A DNA stretch of 64,000 nucleotides from Bacteroidota bacterium (GTDB lineage: Bacteria > Bacteroidota > Bacteroidia > JAKFFM01), in the NCBI GenBank assembly GCA_036675075.1, contig JAKFFM010000002.1, positions 83,120 to 147,119 on the forward strand. Direction: 5' to 3'. Within the stretch, counting starts at the first letter, position 1; every line of letters starts with the position of its first letter. This document shows, in pieces, positions 48,762-59,125 of this stretch. Under the pieces are notes generated by a model. It was not told the DNA's origin and did not search any database. It was given only the letters and a program-made list of their open reading frames with translations. The position numbers were made by a program, and so were the translations under genes.

Positions 48762-50087
48762 ATGTCGAACACGATCGAAAAAAACCAGGTGTATACCAAG
48801 TATAAAGTAAAGGATATCTCCCTTGCAGAATGGGGACGTAAAGAAATTAAACTTGCTGAAGCAGAGATGCCGGGACTGATGGCTCTTCGTGAAAAGCATG
48901 GAAAAGAAAAGCCTCTTAAGGGAGCTCGTATTGCAGGTTGTCTTCACATGACGATCCAGACAGCTGTTCTTATTGAGACACTTGTTGAGCTTGGTGCAGA
49001 GGTGACCTGGTCATCCTGCAATATCTTCTCTACACAGGATCATGCTGCTGCTGCGATTGCCGCTGCAGGAATCTCTGTTTATGCCTGGAAGGGTATGAAT
49101 GAAGAGGAATTTGACTGGTGTATTGAACAGACTCTTTTCTTCGGTGAAGGACGTAAGCCTCTTAACATGATCCTTGATGATGGTGGAGATCTTACAAACA
49201 TGGTGTTTGACAGATTTCCAGAACTAATTAAGGAGATCAAAGGTCTTTCGGAAGAAACAACAACCGGAGTTCATCGTCTTTATGAGCGTATGAAGAATGG
49301 TTCGCTGCCAATTCCTGCGATCAACATCAATGACTCTGTTACAAAATCAAAATTCGATAACAAATACGGTTGCCGCGAATCGCTGGTTGATGCGATCAGA
49401 AGAGCAACTGATATCATGATGGCTGGAAAAGTGGCTGTCGTTGCCGGCTTTGGAGATGTTGGAAAGGGATCTGCAGAATCTTTAAGAAATGCTGGTGTTC
49501 GTGTGATCGTTACAGAAATTGATCCGATCTGTGCACTGCAGGCTGCAATGGAAGGATATGAAGTTCGCAGGATGGACGATGCTGTTAAAGTTTCTGACAT
49601 CATTGTAACTGCGACAGGTAACAAGAATATTGTTGTTGACCGTCACTTCAAATCAATGAAGGATAAGGCAATCGTTTGTAACATCGGTCACTTCGATAAT
49701 GAGATCGACATGGCATGGTTGAACAAAAACTATGGCAATACAAAAGATGTGATCAAGCCACAGGTTGACAAATACACCGTGGATGGCAAAGAGATCATCG
49801 TTCTTGCCGAAGGCCGTCTTGTTAACCTTGGTTGCGCAACAGGACATCCATCATTTGTAATGTCAAACTCATTTACAAACCAGACGCTTGCACAGCTTGA
49901 ACTGTGGCAGCATTCTGACAAGTATGAGAACAAAGTATATACACTACCTAAGCATCTTGATGAAATGGTAGCACGTCTTCACCTTGGTAAAGTAGGAGCA
50001 GAGCTTGATACGCTTACCAATGAGCAGGCAGAATACATCGGAGTTACCGTTGCTGGTCCTTATAAAGCTGATTACTACAGATACTAG
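48762..50087 (+). CDS. ahcY: Adenosylhomocysteinase
   Basis: Track ORF starts at TTG 48741; ATG 48762 preferred. [33 protein letters not shown]-binding [10 protein letters not shown] and overall collinearity with AhcY. Confidence 0.9.
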   Translation: MSNTIEKNQVYTKYKVKDISLAEWGRKEIKLAEAEMPGLMALREKHGKEKPLKGARIAGCLHMTIQTAVLIETLVELGAEVTWSSCNIFSTQDHAAAAIAAAGISVYAWKGMNEEEFDWCIEQTLFFGEGRKPLNMILDDGGDLTNMVFDRFPELIKEIKGLSEETTTGVHRLYERMKNGSLPIPAININDSVTKSKFDNKYGCRESLVDAIRRATDIMMAGKVAVVAGFGDVGKGSAESLRNAGVRVIVTEIDPICALQAAMEGYEVRRMDDAVKVSDIIVTATGNKNIVVDRHFKSMKDKAIVCNIGHFDNEIDMAWLNKNYGNTKDVIKPQVDKYTVDGKEIIVLAEGRLVNLGCATGHPSFVMSNSFTNQTLAQLELWQHSDKYENKVYTLPKHLDEMVARLHLGKVGAELDTLTNEQAEYIGVTVAGPYKADYYRY

Positions 50088-50128
50088 GAAACAGTCATAG
50101 AAGGTACAGAAGTGCCTTGCTAAAATTA

Positions 50129-50160
50129 ATCCCTCTGGATATCCGGAGGGATTTTTTTTA
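50129..50160 (+). terminator. Rho-independent terminator after ahcY, between convergent genes
   Basis: atccctc (50129-50135) and gagggat (50146-50152) form a hairpin followed by eight T (50153-50160). Confidence 0.5.
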
Positions 50161-50184
50161 TTTAAAGAGTTTAAGAGAAGCCGA

Positions 50185-50604
50185 TCAATTATAGACATTG
50201 ATCCTGTTGCCATCCAGGTCACATTGATATTGGAGAAGAGGAGAAGACGCAGGGCCTTTGATCACTGTTCCGTCAGTGATGGAAAATGCAGATCCGCAGC
50301 ATGAGTCAGAAGCGGTGATGCCTGAAGCATCTATCGAAACTAATCCGCAGGAGGCAGTAACATTATATGGACAATGACGTTCATATGCTTTAAACTCCTC
50401 TGTAGATTTTCTATAGATGATCACACCACGCGAACCAGCGGAGTAGTACACATGTCCACCGTTGGCTTGCAAGTTTGAATAGAGCGGGTCTGTGGTATAG
50501 ATTGAAAAGTTGACAGTTACATAAGGTACATGCTCGGTCTGCTTTTTACGGCACCCGGCAAACAGAAATAAAAAAACAACCAGAGGTAGAAGGAAGTGAC
50601 GCAT
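50185..50604 (-). CDS. Small lipoprotein with Rieske-like Cys spacing
   Basis: Start moved to the internal ATG (MRHFLLPLVVFLFLFAGC lipobox). 139 aa; HCPYNVTASCG and SCCGSAF resemble the two Rieske boxes with the His ligands replaced. Confidence 0.4.
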   Translation of the reverse strand: MRHFLLPLVVFLFLFAGCRKKQTEHVPYVTVNFSIYTTDPLYSNLQANGGHVYYSAGSRGVIIYRKSTEEFKAYERHCPYNVTASCGLVSIDASGITASDSCCGSAFSITDGTVIKGPASSPLLQYQCDLDGNRINVYN

Positions 50605-50652
50605 GATCTGCCTTACTTTTGCATAAGAATACAAAGCTCGAAAAATATAAGG

Positions 50653-50946
50653 ATGAGATCTGCTTTCCACAAATTAATTACCATTGTCTTTCTTGTAGTT
50701 CCTGTAGGGCTGGCAGCTCAGAGTGGAGATTCAAAACAGGACAAGCATGAAAAGGAAGCTGACCGCAGAAAGCAGGAGCAGCAGCAGATGCAGGAAGAAG
50801 CGATTGAACGCGGAAGAAAGCGTCAGATGAAGATTCAGACTAAAGAGACCCGAAAGCGCATGAAGAGGAATTCAAAGAAAGCGCGCAAGTTCAATGAAGA
50901 TAAAAGAGAATTCTTCCTTGTAAAGATGTTCCGGAAAAAAAAATAA
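50653..50946 (+). CDS. Hypothetical secreted protein with highly charged K/R/E/Q-rich tail
   Basis: Start at internal ATG 50653 (MRSAFHKLITIVFLVVPVGLAAQ signal peptide); low-complexity charged C-terminal 70 aa; could be non-coding. Confidence 0.3.
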   Translation: MRSAFHKLITIVFLVVPVGLAAQSGDSKQDKHEKEADRRKQEQQQMQEEAIERGRKRQMKIQTKETRKRMKRNSKKARKFNEDKREFFLVKMFRKKK

Positions 50947-51244
50947 CCTGAATTGTTAAATTTTCGTAACATATTTATCTTTACCTTAGTATAACAGACA
51001 ATTCCGCAACATCCCCCCTTTTTCAGATCAGCGGATCTGGTTTACAAGTCAAAATCACTTATTGAGTTACCTGTAAGGGAATCAAGGCTTTAAGACGGTA
51101 TTTTACTGATTTTTCGGGGTGTCCAAAACTGCCAACAAAGCGGGGTTTGGGCTTCCCAAATAAATTTGGAATTTACTTTTTATTGTATTTATCTTTACGC
51201 CTCTTTGATTTGTACAGGTTAGTTTAAATATAATTTTTGTTAAT

Positions 51245-54200
51245 ATGGTCAGGAAACTTTACGTTACCGTATTATTTCTTTTTGTCAGTACTTCTCTACT
51301 GTTAGCGCAGCAAGGGATTCTGAAGGGGACAGTCAAGGACAAAGGCAATGGGGAACCTCTTCCATTTGCTCCCGTCGTTGTTTTATCAGGAACCTCTCAG
51401 ATTGCGGTTGCACAAACAGATTTCAACGGGGAATTTACGATCAAGCCGATCGCTTCCGGAAAGTACACAGTTAAATCTTCTTCAGTAGGGTATAGCCCGA
51501 TCGAGATGAAGAACGTTGTGATCAACTCGGATAAGACAACTTACCTGGATCTTCAGATGTCATCTTCAAGTCAGGAGCTCGATGTCGTTGAAGTCATTGA
51601 ATATTCTAAACCTCTTATTGACAAGAACGTTGTTTCAGGTGGAACGGTAACTCGTGATGAGTTTAACCAGATGGCTACCAAAAACGTGCTGTCAGTTGCT
51701 GCTACAACAGCAGGTATCTACCAGCAGGATGAAGGTAAAGAGATCAGTATCCGTGGTACACGTTCAGGTTCCGGTGGAACTGAAAAAAGCGCGACGGATA
51801 TTTATGTGGATGGTGTAAAAGTTAGAGGCGGTACTGCGGTTCCGCAATCGGCTGTTGACCAGGTATCGGTAATCACAGGTGGTGTTCCTGCACAGTTTGG
51901 TGACGTTACAGGTGGAGTTGTCAGCATCACAACACGCGGACCTTCTGGATTCCAGTCAGGTGGTATCGAATTGATCACATCACAGTACCTTGATAAATTC
52001 AACTACAACTTTATCGGTCTTAACTCAAGCGGTCCGATCCTGTTCAAAAAAGATACAAGCGGAATAAAGCGTCCTTTACTAGGATACTTCTTCGCTGCGG
52101 ATTTCCAGACAGAAAAAGATCCTAACCCTTCTGCCATCGGTGCATGGAAGGTAAATGACGATACATTAAGATATTTAGAGCGTAACCCGCTTCAGACAAA
52201 TGGACTTGGAGGAACTCTAAGAACAACTGAGCGTGTAAGCCGTGATGCACTCGAGCACATTGATGCACGTCAGAATGTTCGTCTGAGCACCATCCGTCTT
52301 AACGGTAAGATTGATATCGCTCCTACACAAAACCTGAACGTAACATTCGGAGGTAACTATGAATTCTCTAAGAATCATGAATACATCTATGAATATGCGC
52401 TTTTCAATCCGGTAAATAACCCGGAGAAAATTGATCAGACCTACAGAGTTTGGGGACGTGTGACACAGAAATTCCTGAACGCTCCGGAAGCACAGGATGA
52501 GAAATCATCTGCGACGATCAAAAATGCATTTTACTCATTACAGGCATCTTATGATAAAGTGTACACAGTGACACAGGATGATAACCATAAAGACAACTAT
52601 TTTGACTATGGTTACATCGGTAAATTCAAAACATACAAAACTCCTGCATACGGAGTGAGAGAGCCACTTCCAACAGATGACCCTGCAAGAGTTGTAACAG
52701 AACTGATCGGTTACAGCGATACCCTTGTAACTTTTACACCTGATACTATTCTTAACCCGACAGCTGCTGCTTACACTCAGCAGTACTATAATCTATATGA
52801 AGGGCAGTCTGATCAGTTCCGCACACTTGACCTGATCATAGCAAACGGTGCACTTAGAAATGGTGACAGACCATCCAACGTATATGCGTTGTGGTATAAT
52901 ACAGGTCGCCAGTACAATGGATATGAAATTGAAGACAGAAATCAGTATCGTTTAATGACGAGCTTCAGTGCAGATATCAAGAACCACGCTGTGATCCTTG
53001 GTTTCGAGTACGAGCAGCGTGATGACCGTTACTTCTCAGTTCTTCCTCCATCATTGTGGACATTGTCAAGACAGCTTGCAAACAAGCACATCCTTTCATT
53101 GAATACCGCTGTGGATGATTCAGTGTTCACAAATGGTGTGTTCATGGATACAATTCTACACCCGGTGCTTGTATCGACAGCGTCACAATCATTCTTCGAC
53201 AAGAACCTTCGTGCTAAGATCGGTGCTGCTGAAGATGAGTGGATCGATGTTGACAACCTGACTCCTGATACTTACTCACTGGATATGTACAGTGCTGATG
53301 AGCTTCTTGACTGGGGTAATACATACGGTGGTATCAGCTACTATGGTTATGACCACACAGGTAAGAAACTTTCAACACGTCCAACGTTTGATGACTTCTT
53401 TACAAAGAAAGATGCTAACGGAAATTACCTGCGCCAGGTGGATGCATTCCGTCCTATCTATATGGCAGGATACATCACTGACAACTTCGACTTTAAAGAT
53501 TTGAAGTTCCGTGTTGGTGTGAGGGTTGACCGTTACGATGCAAACCAGAAAGTTCTGAAAGATCCATACTCTTTATATGATACAAGAAAAGCCGGAGAGC
53601 TTGAGATCGCTGATCGTCCATCGAATATTGGTGATGACTATGTAGTGTATGTATCAGATAGAGAAAACCCTTCAGCTGAAAAAGTTGTTGGATACAGGGA
53701 TGGTGATACATGGTATAATAAAGATGGTATTGTGATCTCTGATCCAACTGTTCTTCACTCTGCTACAGGTATTGCTCCTTACCTTGTTAATCCAAAAGAC
53801 AATATCCAGGACAGTACATTCGTACCATCATCTTCATTTACTGATTACATTCCACAGGTAAATGTAATGCCAAGGATCGCGTTCTCATTCCCTATTTCGG
53901 ATGTGGCGATGTTCAATGCGAACTATGATGTATTGACGATGAGACCATCAAGAAGCAACAGGATGAACCCGATTCAGTACCTGTACCTTTCTCAGAATTC
54001 AGGATCATTCATTAACAACCCGAATTTGAAGCCTGAAAAAACAGTCAACTATGAGATCGGATTCCAGCAGGTGCTTGATGAAAGAAAGAGCTCGAAGCTT
54101 GGTTTGAGTGCATTCTACAAGGAAATGCGTGACATGGTTCAGACCATGCGTGTTTCTGATGCATATCCTACTACATACTATACTTTCGGCAATAGGGATT

Positions 54201-54949
54201 TTGGAACAGTGAAAGGGTTTACTGTTTCTTATGATCTGAGAAGAACAGGGAACGTGAGAATGACAGCAAACTATACATTGCAGTTTGCTGATGCAACGGC
54301 TTCAGGTGCGGCAGATGCTGTTACACTTGTACAGTCAGGAACACCAAACCTGAGGATCATTCACCGTACAGATTTCGATCAGCGTCACAGATTCGTAGCA
54401 ACGTTTGACTACAGATATGGTGAAGGAGTAGATTACAACGGACCAGTTTGGTTCAAGAAGAATGTATTCGAAAATGCAGGAGCCAACTTTACACTGAATG
54501 CTGGTTCAGGTACACCTTATTCAAGACAGCTTAACGTAACACAGGGTGATGACAGAAACAATACTGCAATCGGCCGTGTTCAGACATCACGTTTGAAAGG
54601 TGATGTTAACGGAGCTGACCTTCCTTGGCAGTACAGGCTTGACATGAAGCTTGACAAGTCGTTCGAAGTGAAGTTTGGTGAAGGGTCAGATGGTGAAGCC
54701 AAGATTGGAAGTGTGAATGTTTACCTGTTGGTACTGAATGTTCTTAACACAAGAAACGTACTTAACGTTTACAAATTCACTGGAGCACCTGATGACGACG
54801 GTTACCTTGCAGCTGCTGAATACCAGAGTGAGATCGCTTCAACGATCGATCCTGCATCTTACAGAGACCTTTATGGTATTAAGGTGAACAACCCAAGCAA
54901 CTACAGTCTTCCAAGAAGAATTAGACTTGGTATGACCTTGAATTTTTAA
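51245..54949 (+). CDS. TonB-dependent-receptor-like outer-membrane barrel with N-terminal carboxypeptidase-regulatory-like domain
   Basis: 1234 aa; signal peptide; GILKGTVKDKGNGEPLPFAPVVV...TDFNGEFTI (CarbopepD_reg-like); plug-like ISIRGTRSGSGGTEKSATDIYVDGVKV; ends RRIRLGMTLNF (terminal aromatic). Confidence 0.65.
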   Translation: MVRKLYVTVLFLFVSTSLLLAQQGILKGTVKDKGNGEPLPFAPVVVLSGTSQIAVAQTDFNGEFTIKPIASGKYTVKSSSVGYSPIEMKNVVINSDKTTYLDLQMSSSSQELDVVEVIEYSKPLIDKNVVSGGTVTRDEFNQMATKNVLSVAATTAGIYQQDEGKEISIRGTRSGSGGTEKSATDIYVDGVKVRGGTAVPQSAVDQVSVITGGVPAQFGDVTGGVVSITTRGPSGFQSGGIELITSQYLDKFNYNFIGLNSSGPILFKKDTSGIKRPLLGYFFAADFQTEKDPNPSAIGAWKVNDDTLRYLERNPLQTNGLGGTLRTTERVSRDALEHIDARQNVRLSTIRLNGKIDIAPTQNLNVTFGGNYEFSKNHEYIYEYALFNPVNNPEKIDQTYRVWGRVTQKFLNAPEAQDEKSSATIKNAFYSLQASYDKVYTVTQDDNHKDNYFDYGYIGKFKTYKTPAYGVREPLPTDDPARVVTELIGYSDTLVTFTPDTILNPTAAAYTQQYYNLYEGQSDQFRTLDLIIANGALRNGDRPSNVYALWYNTGRQYNGYEIEDRNQYRLMTSFSADIKNHAVILGFEYEQRDDRYFSVLPPSLWTLSRQLANKHILSLNTAVDDSVFTNGVFMDTILHPVLVSTASQSFFDKNLRAKIGAAEDEWIDVDNLTPDTYSLDMYSADELLDWGNTYGGISYYGYDHTGKKLSTRPTFDDFFTKKDANGNYLRQVDAFRPIYMAGYITDNFDFKDLKFRVGVRVDRYDANQKVLKDPYSLYDTRKAGELEIADRPSNIGDDYVVYVSDRENPSAEKVVGYRDGDTWYNKDGIVISDPTVLHSATGIAPYLVNPKDNIQDSTFVPSSSFTDYIPQVNVMPRIAFSFPISDVAMFNANYDVLTMRPSRSNRMNPIQYLYLSQNSGSFINNPNLKPEKTVNYEIGFQQVLDERKSSKLGLSAFYKEMRDMVQTMRVSDAYPTTYYTFGNRDFGTVKGFTVSYDLRRTGNVRMTANYTLQFADATASGAADAVTLVQSGTPNLRIIHRTDFDQRHRFVATFDYRYGEGVDYNGPVWFKKNVFENAGANFTLNAGSGTPYSRQLNVTQGDDRNNTAIGRVQTSRLKGDVNGADLPWQYRLDMKLDKSFEVKFGEGSDGEAKIGSVNVYLLVLNVLNTRNVLNVYKFTGAPDDDGYLAAAEYQSEIASTIDPASYRDLYGIKVNNPSNYSLPRRIRLGMTLNF

Positions 54950-54988
54950 TTGAAAGAGAGTTTAATAGTTAGTTTTTAATAATAATCC

Positions 54989-57900
54989 ATGAAAAAAATA
55001 GGCTACATTCTGATCTCCGGTCTTCTCCTCTCAGCCTACCCTGGATTCGCTCGTGAAAACGTTGGATCCGGACTCCGCCAAGCTTCCCAGCCTGCTGCCC
55101 CTCGCATGATGGCTGGATGTTCGCCTGGCTCTACGAAGACTGACCTTGCGGTGAATAACGTAAGGGCTAAGATCTTTACTTCTGGTGATATGTGGTGGGA
55201 TCTTGTGGGTAACGCGAAATACGAAGTTCCAAAAGGTTCTGGTAAAACATCCCTGTTTGCCGGATCATTATGGATCGGAGGTATCGATGCCAGTGGACAG
55301 CTGAAAGTTGCCGCGATGACCTATCGTCAGACAGGTAACGATTTCTGGCCAGGGCCTTTATCCAACACAGCAACAGTAGCTGCGGATATCACCCAGGCTG
55401 AATGTAACAAATGGGATAAGCACTTCTCAGTTACATTGAAGGAAGTTCAGGATTTCTATAACTGGACACAGGATAATACAACGATCCCTGGTTATCAGAT
55501 CCCGAATTCAATTCTTGAATGGCCAGGAAACGGTGATGTTTCACAAGGCCAGCTTCAGTTTATCGCGCCATTTACAGATGTGAACGGCGATGGTTACTAT
55601 GATCCTACACTTGGTGACTATCCTGCTTATGACCTTAAGGCAAGCGGATGTGACGGAAAAGACAGGATCTACGGTGACCAGACACTTTTCTGGGTGTTCA
55701 ACGATAAAGGTGATATCCACACGGAAACTGGTGCAGCATCATTAGGTCTTGAAATTCATGCACAGGCGTTTGGTTTCATCACGAATGATGAGATCAACAG
55801 CATGACATTCTACAAGTACAAGATCTTCAACAGATCTTCCATCAAGCTTAACAATACATATTTTGCTAAGTGGGTGGATCCGGATCTTGGAGATTATGGT
55901 GATGACCTTATCGGTTGCGACGTTAAACGTGGACTTGGATTCTGCTATAACGCAAATGAAAATGACGGATCAGGTAACACCTTCACTTACGGTGCAAATC
56001 CTCCGGCAATCGGTATGGACTTCTTCGAAGGACCAGTAGCTGATAAAGACGGAATTGATAACCCGGCAAGTGAAACAGAAAATGGTCTTGGCTACGGAAA
56101 CGGGATTCCCGATGACGAGCGTTTAGGAATGGAGAAATTCATGTTCTATAAGAATGACCCGACACTTGAAGGTAACCCTGACAACGCCCAGCATTTCTAC
56201 AATTATTTGTCTGGCCGCTGGAAAGATGGTCTTCCTATCACTTATGGTGGTAGCGGACACGCTGCGAGTGGTACTCCTACAGATTACATGTTCCCTTGGG
56301 ATACTGATGATGCCAATGGAAATGTGATGTGGGAGCAGGCTTCTTTCTCTGATGGACGTATGGTTCAGTCAGCAGGAACATTCTCACTTGAACCGGGTGC
56401 TGTGAACTATGTAACAGTAGGAGCAGTTTGGGCAAGAGCAACTTCTGGAGGTAGAAAAGCTTCAGTTGAACTGATGAGACAGGCTGATGATAAAGCACAG
56501 AAGCTGTTTGACAATTGTTTCCAGTTGCTAAGAACACCGGATGCCCCTGAATTAACAATCAGAGAGCTCGATAAGGAATTGATCATTATGATCGATAATC
56601 CAAAAACATCGAATAACTATAATGAGTCGTTCTCCGTTGTTGACCCGCTTATTCCATCTATTTATGCACCAAACAACAGGTACGTGTTTGAAGGATACCA
56701 GGTTTACCAGGTTAAAGACGCTACAGTAACAGCGACTGATCTTGGGAATCCTGACAGAGCAAGATTGGTTCTTCAGTCTGACGTCAAGAATGGTGTTGGT
56801 CGTGTGATCAACTACGAGTTTGATCCAAACCTGAGTGTTACAGTACCACGTGAAATGGTAGTTGGAAGTGATGCCGGCATTGTGCATTCTTTCAGAGTTA
56901 CTGAAGATCAGTTTGCAGTAGGAGATAATAACCTTGTGAACCACAGAACATATCATTTTCTTGCGATTGCTTATGCATATAACAATTACAAGGGATATGC
57001 ACAGGACACTCCTCCGGATCTTGGTTGCCCTACCTGTCCTGCAACGGATGGTCAGAAGCTTCCATACCTTGGTTCAAGCAAGAATATCACAGTGAAAAGC
57101 GCAATTCCACATATTCCGGCACCTCAGGCAGGTGGTACAGTAGCACACTCCAAATATGGTGATGGTGTTAAAGTAACACGTATCGAAGGCCAGGGTAATG
57201 GTGGAAACGTTATCGAGTTTGATGAGAAAGTTCATGATGAAATTCTGAGCGCAGCTGATCACAAATCGAACAACCCAGTATATACACGCGGTAAAGGCCC
57301 CGTTCAGATCAAGGTTGTAGATCCACTAGCTGTACCGGAAGGTGATTTTGAATTCCTGATGATCGATACAAACTCATCCATCGGTTACACTCAGCTTTCA
57401 AAAGCAAACTGGCTGATCAGAAACAAAACGACAGGCCAGGAAGTGTTCTCGAATCAGTCGATCAACACATTCAATGAGCAGATCATTGCAGACTGGGGAC
57501 TTTCTGTCACTCTTGCACAGGTACCTGAAGTATTCTGTACTTCAAAAGATCAGAACATCCTGGAAGCATCAGTAACTTATAAGAATGACCAGAAGCAGTT
57601 CCTTGCAGGTCTTCCGGATAATGAAGGAGTTGATCCTCAGAACTGGATCCGTGCAGGTGCAAACAATACTGACCCGAAAGATTACGATGAATTCACAGTG
57701 TGTAATCCAGCTGTAAAAGACTTTATCGATCCTGAACAGAAATTCGAAAGAATGCTTACAGGATGGTCACCTTACAGACTTACATCAACAGATGCTGACG
57801 GTCCGGCATGGAATAACAGCGTTGCGATGACACAAAACAGAATTTCAAACATCGGTAGCGTAGACATCGTGATCACGAAAGATGTGACCAAGTGGAGCCG

Positions 57901-59098
57901 TTGCGTTGTGTTTGAAACAGGTAGCGATCCATTGCTTGCAGAAGGTGGTGCACAGAAGTTGAACCTTAGAAATCACGTATCTGTTGATAAGACAGGTGCA
58001 GCTGACAACTCAGGAACAAAAGGTATGAGCTGGTTCCCTGGATATGCAATCAACGTAGAAACTGGTGAACGTTTAAACATCGCTTTCGGTGAGAGCTCAT
58101 GGTTAGTTGGTCAGAATGGTAACGACATGATGTGGAATCCAACTTCTGATCTTGTTGATCCATTGAATACAATGCAGCTTTGGGGTGGTAAACATTACAT
58201 CTATGTATTCGGACATAATGGGGATGTAAGATGGGATACGATCCCAGGAAGCCCGAACCTGGCTCCTGCAGGAACGAATCTGAAGAACCAGCTGAAGAGC
58301 ATTCCTAAGTATGACTCTTGTAAGACGATCTACAACATGATGAATGAGTACCAGACGATGACATCGCCTAACGTACTGATCAAGCGTGCTGTGTTTTCTG
58401 ATATTATGTATGCAGGAATTTTGACTGCAGCACAGGGATACAGTTTCAAGAATCCTCAGGATATGCCAACAGATGTGACTTACCGCATTCGAATCGGGAA
58501 GCCATACAAGCCTTGGGCTTCTGGCGCTGAAATCAAGAATAACGAACCGCTTGTAGCTGGAAAAGGATATGTTGTTAAGACTGGTCCTATCAAGCACAAT
58601 AACAAGACGTACCAGCCAGGTCAGTCGTTTGTTGCGAGAAATTCAACAATGACAAAGAACTTCCCTTACCAGACATATTGGTCAGTAACTGAAGCTCCGA
58701 ACAATGCTGGTCTTCCAATGTACACATTCAATACAGCAGACATTGCTGCTGATACTGCAAATGCTGATGCAGCGAAGAATGCGCTTGCGCTGATCAATGT
58801 TGTTCCGAATCCATACTATGCATATTCAGCATATGAATCGACAAACATTGACAACAGGATCAAGTTCACGAACCTTCCACAGAAGTGCCAGATCACTATC
58901 TATTCAAGCAATGGAGGATTGATCAAGCAGATTTCTAAAGATGACCCTATCACATCCATTGAGTGGGATCTGAAGAACAATGCAGGCATTCCGATCGCGA
59001 GTGGTGTTTACATCGTGCATGTGAATGTTGAGGGAGTTGGAGAACGCATTCTGAAATGGTTTGGAATGATTCGCCCGGTGGATCTTGAAGTGTACTAA
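54989..59098 (+). CDS. Large T9SS-targeted protein (type-A CTD); PorU-like only by position next to the PorV-like gene
   Basis: 1369 aa; signal peptide; C-terminus VVPNPYYAYSAYE...ITIYSSNGGLIKQI...GVYIVHVNV matches the Por-secretion tail; I could not recognise a C25 peptidase catalytic motif by eye. Confidence 0.6.
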   Translation: MKKIGYILISGLLLSAYPGFARENVGSGLRQASQPAAPRMMAGCSPGSTKTDLAVNNVRAKIFTSGDMWWDLVGNAKYEVPKGSGKTSLFAGSLWIGGIDASGQLKVAAMTYRQTGNDFWPGPLSNTATVAADITQAECNKWDKHFSVTLKEVQDFYNWTQDNTTIPGYQIPNSILEWPGNGDVSQGQLQFIAPFTDVNGDGYYDPTLGDYPAYDLKASGCDGKDRIYGDQTLFWVFNDKGDIHTETGAASLGLEIHAQAFGFITNDEINSMTFYKYKIFNRSSIKLNNTYFAKWVDPDLGDYGDDLIGCDVKRGLGFCYNANENDGSGNTFTYGANPPAIGMDFFEGPVADKDGIDNPASETENGLGYGNGIPDDERLGMEKFMFYKNDPTLEGNPDNAQHFYNYLSGRWKDGLPITYGGSGHAASGTPTDYMFPWDTDDANGNVMWEQASFSDGRMVQSAGTFSLEPGAVNYVTVGAVWARATSGGRKASVELMRQADDKAQKLFDNCFQLLRTPDAPELTIRELDKELIIMIDNPKTSNNYNESFSVVDPLIPSIYAPNNRYVFEGYQVYQVKDATVTATDLGNPDRARLVLQSDVKNGVGRVINYEFDPNLSVTVPREMVVGSDAGIVHSFRVTEDQFAVGDNNLVNHRTYHFLAIAYAYNNYKGYAQDTPPDLGCPTCPATDGQKLPYLGSSKNITVKSAIPHIPAPQAGGTVAHSKYGDGVKVTRIEGQGNGGNVIEFDEKVHDEILSAADHKSNNPVYTRGKGPVQIKVVDPLAVPEGDFEFLMIDTNSSIGYTQLSKANWLIRNKTTGQEVFSNQSINTFNEQIIADWGLSVTLAQVPEVFCTSKDQNILEASVTYKNDQKQFLAGLPDNEGVDPQNWIRAGANNTDPKDYDEFTVCNPAVKDFIDPEQKFERMLTGWSPYRLTSTDADGPAWNNSVAMTQNRISNIGSVDIVITKDVTKWSRCVVFETGSDPLLAEGGAQKLNLRNHVSVDKTGAADNSGTKGMSWFPGYAINVETGERLNIAFGESSWLVGQNGNDMMWNPTSDLVDPLNTMQLWGGKHYIYVFGHNGDVRWDTIPGSPNLAPAGTNLKNQLKSIPKYDSCKTIYNMMNEYQTMTSPNVLIKRAVFSDIMYAGILTAAQGYSFKNPQDMPTDVTYRIRIGKPYKPWASGAEIKNNEPLVAGKGYVVKTGPIKHNNKTYQPGQSFVARNSTMTKNFPYQTYWSVTEAPNNAGLPMYTFNTADIAADTANADAAKNALALINVVPNPYYAYSAYESTNIDNRIKFTNLPQKCQITIYSSNGGLIKQISKDDPITSIEWDLKNNAGIPIASGVYIVHVNVEGVGERILKWFGMIRPVDLEVY

Positions 59099-59125
59099 TA
59101 ATTGAATTCGAGTAATAATACGAAT

